From Patescibacteria group bacterium (GTDB taxonomy: Bacteria > Patescibacteriota > Patescibacteriia > UBA2591 > JAQWAS01), in NCBI GenBank assembly GCA_028707495.1, contig JAQWAS010000006.1, forward strand, positions 664 to 64,663: a DNA stretch of 64,000 nt, in the 5' to 3' direction. The notes beneath the pieces were generated by a model that saw nothing but the letters and a program-made list of their open reading frames with translations, was not told the origin of the DNA and did not search any database. The position numbers and the translations under genes are program-made. The first letter of the stretch is position 1, and the number at the start of each line of letters is the position of its first letter. Of the stretch, positions 57,843 through 64,000 are shown one piece after another.

Positions 57843-57885
57843 GGAGCTAAAAACGCCCCCTATTTTATTTTTTGTTTATTTTATT

Positions 57886-58287
57886 TTAACTCTGCCACAA
57901 GCCGTGTAAATTGCAATAAGTGCGAGCATTTATAACTTCACTTTTAGTGGTGAAATTAATCTCTGGTGCGTCTTGGAGTTGTAAATATTTGCGTCCAACG
58001 CGACCATCGGCAGTAATGATTTCAATCCATTCAATTTGATGTTCAGTGGTCATGGGATGAAGACTGGAGCCAATTTTAACTTTGACACCAGTTTGTTCTT
58101 CGCAAACTGTGGCGGGTAATTTTTCAGTTACTGGTACATGTTTTTCACCAAGTTCTGCATCTTGAGTTTGGGTTTGTAATAATTCCATAGGTTGGCCGCA
58201 ACAAACCAATTCACCTTGGCCGGTGTGAATGACTTCGGTCATATTCCCACAGATATTGCATTTATAAATTTGATTTAATTGAGTCAT
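57886..58287 (-). CDS. Desulfoferrodoxin / 2Fe superoxide reductase
   Basis: CNICG..CCG, EKHVP, HPM, H.IEWI, CNLHGLW. Confidence 0.93.
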   Translation of the reverse strand: MTQLNQIYKCNICGNMTEVIHTGQGELVCCGQPMELLQTQTQDAELGEKHVPVTEKLPATVCEEQTGVKVKIGSSLHPMTTEHQIEWIEIITADGRVGRKYLQLQDAPEINFTTKSEVINARTYCNLHGLWQS

Positions 58288-58305
58288 CTTAATTTATTTA
58301 CTTTA

Positions 58306-58878
58306 TTAATACTCTTCGCATTTAATTTGATAATAGCTTTGAGGATGGTCACAAGATGGGCATTTAGTAGGAGGAGTTGTGCCAACATGCACATAACCGC
58401 ATTCACGACACGTCCAAGCAATTTCTTGGTCTTTTTTAAAGATAGTGCCATTTTCTAATTGAGCTAAAACTTTTTTAAAACGCTCTTCGTGGTGTTCTTC
58501 TGCCTTAGCAATAGCGCGTAGACGATTGGCAATTTCTGGATGGCCTTCCTTTTCAGCAATTTTAGCAAAATCAGGATACATTGAAGTGTGTTCGTGATTT
58601 TCACCAGCAATGGCCGATTTTAAATTTTCAATAGTTGTGCCATAAACATTAGGCGAAGTCGCTTCAACCATAATTTCATTTTGATCACTTTTTAATTTTT
58701 GAATGTGTTCAAAAATGCGTTTAGCATGCACACGTTCATTGTCTTCGGTTAAACTAAAAATTTCAGCAATTTGTTCATAGCCTTCTTTTTTAGCAACTTT
58801 GGCATAATAGTTATACCGATTACGCGCTTGGCATTCGCCAATAAAAGCTTGAGTTAGATTAATTAGAGTTTGTGACAT
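58306..58878 (-). CDS. Rubrerythrin
   Basis: AFIGE.QARNRY, E..HA, GENHE, EEHH, CRECG..CPSC. Confidence 0.95.
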   Translation of the reverse strand: MSQTLINLTQAFIGECQARNRYNYYAKVAKKEGYEQIAEIFSLTEDNERVHAKRIFEHIQKLKSDQNEIMVEATSPNVYGTTIENLKSAIAGENHEHTSMYPDFAKIAEKEGHPEIANRLRAIAKAEEHHEERFKKVLAQLENGTIFKKDQEIAWTCRECGYVHVGTTPPTKCPSCDHPQSYYQIKCEEY

Positions 58879-58908
58879 AAGATTATTATGTTAATAATTA
58901 ATTAATAT

Positions 58909-59652
58909 TTAATGTGGTGCAATAAATTTAACACCATATAAAATTAAAATACCTAAAATCAAAATTAATAAATTCAAAATAGATTTACGGAGATTAGTTT
59001 CTTTTTTAATTTCTGGAATTAAATCACAGGCCGCGATGTAAATAAAACCACCACCAGCAATCGGCAGGAGTAAACTAACAAAGTTTTCAACTTGTTGAGC
59101 TAAAAAAAAGCCAACTAGACCACCCATAATAGCTGTTAAGGCAGTTATTAAATTATACATTAAAGCTTTTTTCTTGGTCAGGCCACCATAAATTAAAACT
59201 CCAAAATCGCCGATTTCTTGTGGAATTTCATGTAAAATAATAGCTAGGGTGGTAATTAGACCTAATTTAAAATCAACTATAAAACTCGTAGCAATAATTA
59301 AACCATCAATAAAATTATGGACAGCATCGCCAATGAGGTTCATATAAGTAAAAGTGTGGATAGTACATTTAATATTATGGCAATGTCGCCAGTGGAGAAT
59401 TTTTTCAATCAGAAAGAATAAAATAAAACCAAGCAAAACATAAATTAAAGATTTTTCGCAATTTAATAAATGTAGACTTTCGGGAATTAAATGTAAAAAA
59501 GCACCGCCCATTAAGGCACCAGCCGATAAGCCAATTAAGTAAAATAAAATTTTATCCAGTTTAGTGTCTGATAATTTTAAAAATAAAATACCCACCAAAG
59601 ACAGGAGGCTGACAATTAAGGTAGCTAAGATAATAATTAATAAGACGGGCAT
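58909..59652 (-). CDS. ZIP family metal transporter
   Basis: HLIPE, HNFIDG, HEIPQEIGDFG, DLIPE. Confidence 0.92.
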   Translation of the reverse strand: MPVLLIIILATLIVSLLSLVGILFLKLSDTKLDKILFYLIGLSAGALMGGAFLHLIPESLHLLNCEKSLIYVLLGFILFFLIEKILHWRHCHNIKCTIHTFTYMNLIGDAVHNFIDGLIIATSFIVDFKLGLITTLAIILHEIPQEIGDFGVLIYGGLTKKKALMYNLITALTAIMGGLVGFFLAQQVENFVSLLLPIAGGGFIYIAACDLIPEIKKETNLRKSILNLLILILGILILYGVKFIAPH

Positions 59653-59660
59653 AGTTTTAT

Positions 59661-60935
59661 TTATTTTTTAAGGCCACAACTTTGACCGGCTAAATAACCA
59701 GTGCTCCAAGCGATTTGTAAATTATAACCACCAGTTGGTCCGTCCAAATCTAAAATTTCACCAGCTAGATAAAGATTATCAATAATTTTTGATTGCATGG
59801 TTTGCGGATTAATTTCTTTTAAATTTATACCGCCCGTCGTGATAATAGCCTTATCAAAGCCAGCTAGCGCTTGAATATTTAATTCAAATTCTTTTAAAAG
59901 TTTAATCAGTTTTTTTCTTTGTATTTTAGTAATAGAATTAACCGGTTGATCAGCTGGAATATCTGATAAATCAATTATAACTGGAATAAGTTTTTGAGGC
60001 AATAATTGATTTAAACTATTTTTAAATTGTTTGTTAAGCTGAGATTGAAAATCCCGTAAGATTCTTTTATCTAGGGTGGTGTAATCGATGGCCGGTTTAA
60101 AATCAATTTTAATTTTCAAATTTAATTTATTTAAAGGCAAATTATATTGGTTGGTATAATCAATAATTTTTTTACTTAAATTTAAAACAACCGGACCACT
60201 GAGACCTTCATGAGTAAAAAGTGCTTCGCCGAAAAGTTCGGTAATTTTGCGTTGGCGCCATAAACTAACATTTACATTTTTTAAACTTAAACCAGCTAAA
60301 TTTTTAACCCAAGTTTCCTGAATTAAAATTGGCGTGAGAGCGGGTTGCGGTTTAATAATGGTGTGGCCTAATTTTTTTAACCAGGTATAGGCTTCGCCGT
60401 TTGAACCAGTCTGGGGATAAGATTGACCACCAGTGGCTAAAATAAATTTATCAGCTTGAACTATTTGATTGTTATTTAAAATTATATGTTGAATTGTATT
60501 ATTTTTAATTATAATTTTTTTAACAACAGAATTGAGCTGAATTTTAACTCGCTGGTCAGCTAAAAATTTTTTTAAGCAATCAATAACATCTCGCGAAGCG
60601 TCTGAAGTCGGGAAGACTCTTTGACCGCGTTCAATTTTGGTTTTTAAACCTAATTGATTAAAAAAATTTATCAAATCATAATTCGAAAAATTATTTAAAG
60701 CTGAATACAAAAATTTACCATTTGATCCATAGTTGGCAATGAATTTTTTTAAATTTTTTTCAGCATTAGTTAAATTACACCGGCCTTTGCCGGTGATAGA
60801 TAATTTAATACCCAAGCGATCATTTTTTTCTAATAAAACAACTTGCGCGCCTAATTGCGCTGCGCGGCCAGCCGCCAACATGCCAGCTGGTCCACCGCCA
60901 ATCACGGCTAAATTGTAGTGAATAGGATTTGACAT
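59661..60935 (-). CDS. HI0933/BaiN-like flavoprotein
   Basis: GGGPAG, GKGRCNLTN, ATGG.SYP.TGS.G, TGGYNLQ.AWSTG. Confidence 0.92.
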   Translation of the reverse strand: MSNPIHYNLAVIGGGPAGMLAAGRAAQLGAQVVLLEKNDRLGIKLSITGKGRCNLTNAEKNLKKFIANYGSNGKFLYSALNNFSNYDLINFFNQLGLKTKIERGQRVFPTSDASRDVIDCLKKFLADQRVKIQLNSVVKKIIIKNNTIQHIILNNNQIVQADKFILATGGQSYPQTGSNGEAYTWLKKLGHTIIKPQPALTPILIQETWVKNLAGLSLKNVNVSLWRQRKITELFGEALFTHEGLSGPVVLNLSKKIIDYTNQYNLPLNKLNLKIKIDFKPAIDYTTLDKRILRDFQSQLNKQFKNSLNQLLPQKLIPVIIDLSDIPADQPVNSITKIQRKKLIKLLKEFELNIQALAGFDKAIITTGGINLKEINPQTMQSKIIDNLYLAGEILDLDGPTGGYNLQIAWSTGYLAGQSCGLKK

Positions 60936-60941
60936 TTTAAA

Positions 60942-61319
60942 TTAACTAAAAAGTCGATCATCGTTTTCAACATATTGACTCATAATTTTATAAGCCTCGT
61001 ATAATTGTGGTTCAAGTTGTTTAACAATTCGGTTGAGAGTGCCTGGCGTATATTTATCTTCACGAAAAGCATAAGTCAAAACTTTAGTTAAAGCGCTTTC
61101 AAGGGTGGGGTTTTCTTGATGGAGTTTTTCTAATAAATCATTTTTAAAATCTTGACGATGAGGGTTATTTTCAATATCGATAAATAATAAATAAAAATTA
61201 TTATACATCGGCGGTTCCTTGCCTTCTGGAAATTGTTTATTTTCCGGCTGAGAAATAAATTCGTCGTATGTTAAGGGTGAATAATTTTCTTTTTCGAAAG
61301 AAGGTAATTTTTCTGACAT
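60942..61319 (-). CDS. Hypothetical protein
   Basis: Open frame within an operon. Confidence 0.65.
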   Translation of the reverse strand: MSEKLPSFEKENYSPLTYDEFISQPENKQFPEGKEPPMYNNFYLLFIDIENNPHRQDFKNDLLEKLHQENPTLESALTKVLTYAFREDKYTPGTLNRIVKQLEPQLYEAYKIMSQYVENDDRLFS

Positions 61320-61323
61320 AAAA

Positions 61324-61866
61324 TTAATTATAATTTATAATTATAGGGAATTCCAAGGCATCATCGTTAGCCGGCAAACCTGATGGATTGTCTTTTTGTA
61401 AAATTAAGGCTCCACGATCGCTATAAGCTGGAGGTTGGTCAAATTCAAGTGTAGCCGTGAAGGGAACCATGTTTTGAGTCATCCAATCGGATTGAGCAGT
61501 CGCAATGCCCTGGCTGATAATTAAACCGTCCCAATTAACCAAAACAATTGGGAAACTGGCTTCAAAAAACCAAGTGCCAGGTGCTTGACCTTTAATAAAT
61601 AAAGGACTGTCGACCGTTTGGTTGGGAAGGGGGTAATCAAGTTGGATTAATTCGCCCTTTTCGCTTGGGTATTCGAGCTTTTCAGTAAAAATTTGTTCTT
61701 GCCAACGACATTGGCGAGGATAGCTTTCCATCACTGGATTGCCCAGCGCTACGCATTCTTCAAAGCTAGTTACCAGCTCAGGTGCTTTGGCTTGATTGAC
61801 TTGCCAGATAATAATAATGGCGCTGACAGACAAAATTAAAATAATAATTAAAAGTGTTTTTTTCAT
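61324..61866 (-). CDS. Gmad2-like Ig-domain membrane-anchored protein
   Basis: N-terminal TM, FEEC..GNPVMESYPRQC, G.WFFEASFP, DNPSG. Confidence 0.75.
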   Translation of the reverse strand: MKKTLLIIILILSVSAIIIIWQVNQAKAPELVTSFEECVALGNPVMESYPRQCRWQEQIFTEKLEYPSEKGELIQLDYPLPNQTVDSPLFIKGQAPGTWFFEASFPIVLVNWDGLIISQGIATAQSDWMTQNMVPFTATLEFDQPPAYSDRGALILQKDNPSGLPANDDALEFPIIINYN

Positions 61867-61913
61867 AGGATTAAATTAATAAAATTTTTTTAAATGAAAT
61901 ATGTATTTTTGAA

Positions 61914-62159
61914 AATTCAAAATAAAAAATGATTACGCAATGAGTTTAATTTTTTTTCTCAATCATCAAGAGATAATCTCTGAATGTCGCCATGCAAGAC
62001 TTCACCAGCAATAAATTTTAAAAGTAAATAAGGGACTGCGCAATTTTGACATTTTGTTTGACCGCCAAAAGTACACCCGCCCTGAGTTTTCCAAAGTTGT
62101 AAACAAAATTCCAATTCTTTGAGATATTTTATTTTTTCTTGGGCTTGTTCTTTTTTCAT
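61914..62159 (-). pseudogene. Small Cys-containing protein, possibly truncated by a TGG>TGA change
   Basis: The ORF ends ..RLSLDD* and the frame continues EKKLNSLRNHFLF; it starts just after the attC-like GTTAT. Confidence 0.4.
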
Positions 62160-62169
62160 TTTTTAATTT

Positions 62170-62269
62170 TTATAACATCAGGGATAAGAGAAGTTTTCGT
62201 AGTGGAGTGGAGGCAAATATGGGTGTAGGCTTTTGGATAAAAACCGTAACCAGATATGCCGTGTTAGCT
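62170..62269 (-). mobile_element. attC-like imperfect palindrome
   Basis: (-) strand AGCTAAC-AC-GG(C)ATAT ... TTATCC-CTGAT-GTTATAA: TAAC/GTTA ends and an inner box with one extra-helical base. Confidence 0.5.
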
Positions 62270-62349
62270 GATGTATTCCTTTTCTTTTGTCCGCCCGGGG
62301 CGGACTTGTTTTAAAAAAATTTCAAATTTCTTTTTACGTTTTGGGCGAA

Positions 62350-62395
62350 GGGCAGAGGGGTTAGGGGTGCCTACCCGCCTCTGGAGGAAATGCCC
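62350..62395. repeat. 46-bp direct repeat, copy 1
   Basis: GGGCAGAGGGGTTAGGGGTGCCTACCCGCCTCTGGAGGAAATGCCC; 43/46 identical to 63438-63483. Confidence 0.9.
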
Positions 62396-62410
62396 AAAAA
62401 TCAAAACTCC

Positions 62411-63361
62411 TTATTTGTTTTTTCTTTGCCGTATCCTGTTCTTCAAGTACCTTTCAATCGCTTCTTTTGAAGTTAGCCAATTTCTGCCTTCTTTGTGTGC
62501 TTCTAACTTTCCTTGTCTGGCCAGCAAATTTAGATATTTTGCAGAAAAAGGTGTAGTTTTAGATATCTCAGTTAGTGAAACAAATTTTTCTTGTTTGGTG
62601 GTTGTGGGAGTTAAATTTTTTAGGTAAATATCAAGGGATCGCTCTATGGATTGAGCGATAAATTTTACTAGTGGTTCAAATCTACCACTATCCGCTTTAT
62701 CCAGTACATCGTAATATTTTTTGCGGTCATTTTTTAATATAATCACCAACGGATAACCAGATTGCATCAGCAATAAATTCATCGTTAGGCGGGCGGTTCT
62801 ACCGTTACCGTCAAAAAATGGATGAATATGGACTAATTTGTGGTGCAACAATGCAACCAGCTCAATAATGTTTGTCTTGCCTTTTTGTGAATTAAGCCAA
62901 TTAATTAAACCTCGCATTTTTTGTGGTACTTGCAAGGCGTCCGGAGGCGTGTGTTTGGCTCCACCAATAACCACATTAGAGTTTCTGTATTTTCCCGCCC
63001 ACTCTTTATCTGTTTTTTGGATAATAATTTGATGTAAATTTCGTATTAGTATTTCAGAAATGGTGTTCTTTTTGTTATTATCTATTAAGTCATACAAATA
63101 TTCCAGTGCGGTTTGGTGGTCTTTGGCTTCCAAGTGGTCTTTTAAAGGTTTTCCTTTTATGGTTATACCTTCATTAATAACCAAAAAAGTCTCTTTTAAA
63201 GTTAAAGAGTTGCCTTCAATCGCATTGGAGTTGTAGGTCATTTCTATCTGAAATTTCTCTCGCAGTTTTTGTACCGCTGATTTAGGCAATGGGCGAAGCT
63301 TGTTGAGTTTGATCAGCTTTTCTTCCAAGCGTTTTTTTATAATAGGAGATAAATAAGTCAT
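62411..63361 (-). CDS. Fic-domain protein (class II-like) with C-terminal HTH
   Basis: SNAIEGN inhibitory motif, HPFFDGNGRTAR, C-terminal YLNLLARQGKL..GRNW. Confidence 0.93.
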   Translation of the reverse strand: MTYLSPIIKKRLEEKLIKLNKLRPLPKSAVQKLREKFQIEMTYNSNAIEGNSLTLKETFLVINEGITIKGKPLKDHLEAKDHQTALEYLYDLIDNNKKNTISEILIRNLHQIIIQKTDKEWAGKYRNSNVVIGGAKHTPPDALQVPQKMRGLINWLNSQKGKTNIIELVALLHHKLVHIHPFFDGNGRTARLTMNLLLMQSGYPLVIILKNDRKKYYDVLDKADSGRFEPLVKFIAQSIERSLDIYLKNLTPTTTKQEKFVSLTEISKTTPFSAKYLNLLARQGKLEAHKEGRNWLTSKEAIERYLKNRIRQRKNK

Positions 63362-63367
63362 AGAATA

Positions 63368-63422
63368 CTTAATATGGTTTAGTTAATTATTTACAGTATA
63401 CCATATTAAGGAATTTGGTCAA
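63368..63422 (-). promoter_or_regulatory. Fic promoter with inverted-repeat operator
   Basis: TTGACC..TGGTATACT on (-); CTTAATATGGT (63368-63378) / ACCATATTAAG (63400-63410). Confidence 0.6.
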
Positions 63423-63437
63423 ATATTTAATGTTTTT

Positions 63438-63483
63438 GGGCAGAGGGGTTAGGGGTGCCTGCCCGCCTTTGGAGGGAATGCCC
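63438..63483. repeat. 46-bp direct repeat, copy 2
   Basis: GGGCAGAGGGGTTAGGGGTGCCTGCCCGCCTTTGGAGGGAATGCCC. Confidence 0.9.
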
Positions 63484-63498
63484 CGAAGCCATTTCGTT

Positions 63499-64000
63499 TC
63501 AGATAATTTTATAGTGTGCGTTTCTGCCCAGTCCGATTCTTTCTATCTTTTTCAATCTAAGTAAAACATTCAGTGTTTGTTTTACTGTTGTTCTGATGAT
63601 TTTTGTATTATTCACGATATCACCCGTGCTCACTTCTTTTGCCTTTTCAATATATTGCCAAACAATTAGCTGTTTTTTGGACAGAATTTTTTCTATGTTT
63701 TCTTTTGATAGAAGTTCCACCGCCATTTGAGATTGCTTCAAAATAATATCTAAAAAGAAATCCAGCCAGTCAGCGATGTTCTCGTTATCTGTCCCAATAG
63801 TTTTTTGGCTGCGTCGCAAAGAGATATAATAATCTGGCTTATTGTCTTCCACCAATTTTTCATGAGAGACATAAGGAGCATACAAATATCCTGCTTTGAG
63901 TAAAAGTAGATTGGTTAGTACGCGAGATAGCCGTCCATTTCCGTCGCTAAAAGGATGAATTTTTAAAAATTCAACCAAAAAGTTGCCGATCACGAGTAAT
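63499..64000 (-). CDS. Fic-domain protein with C-terminal wHTH (5' end outside the window)
   Basis: HPFSDGNGRLSR; C-terminal winged-helix-like segment. Confidence 0.9.
   Translation of the reverse strand, partial: LLVIGNFLVEFLKIHPFSDGNGRLSRVLTNLLLLKAGYLYAPYVSHEKLVEDNKPDYYISLRRSQKTIGTDNENIADWLDFFLDIILKQSQMAVELLSKENIEKILSKKQLIVWQYIEKAKEVSTGDIVNNTKIIRTTVKQTLNVLLRLKKIERIGLGRNAHYKII

Noticed and set aside
61914-61961. UGA recoding (genetic code 25)
   Set aside because: Long genes are uninterrupted under code 11 and TGA acts as a stop at 16501-16503 and 63499-63501; a single in-frame TGA is better explained as a nonsense change or a true end.
62271-63032. Plus-strand ORFs 62271-62627 and 62838-63032
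   Set aside because: Shadows overlapping the Fic gene and the repeat.

Overview
An AT-rich bacterial chromosome segment read in genetic code 11. The gene content points to a Patescibacteria/CPR (Parcubacteria-like) genome; this is inferred from the VirB2-like pilin array, short Smc, stand-alone PolA 5'-3' exonuclease, ATP-cone/REase, degenerate DHH protein and DUF5679. Core genes: rny, clpP, rbfA, infB, iscS/iscU, trxA, galU, yebC, ruvC, smc, rnc, nusB, rpmF, dnaA (probable oriC upstream), pilB/gspE, ruvB, queA, holA, rpsT, ruvA, a femX-like gene, SOR and rubrerythrin. There are seven tRNAs, including an unusual tRNA-Ile(UAU). Non-coding patterns overlay this backbone. (1) At least six scattered ORFan genes share a CCTTGACA-N17-TGnTARRAT promoter, a strong SD and their own terminator, while core genes look leaderless or SD-less. 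(2) One of these ORFans looks like a remote DGR target. (3) Three long G.U-rich leader hairpins precede SD-led genes. (4) A tRNA-Phe-3'-derived 44-bp tandem array precedes a small GIY-YIG gene, and the tRNA-Arg 3' end is duplicated. (5) A nested TGTCAT...ATGACA REP/REPIN-like palindrome family recurs between genes. (6) Related attC-like boundary elements lie at both window ends, and 46-bp direct repeats sit 15 nt after each of two Fic genes. All homology calls come from motif recognition by eye; no searches were run.
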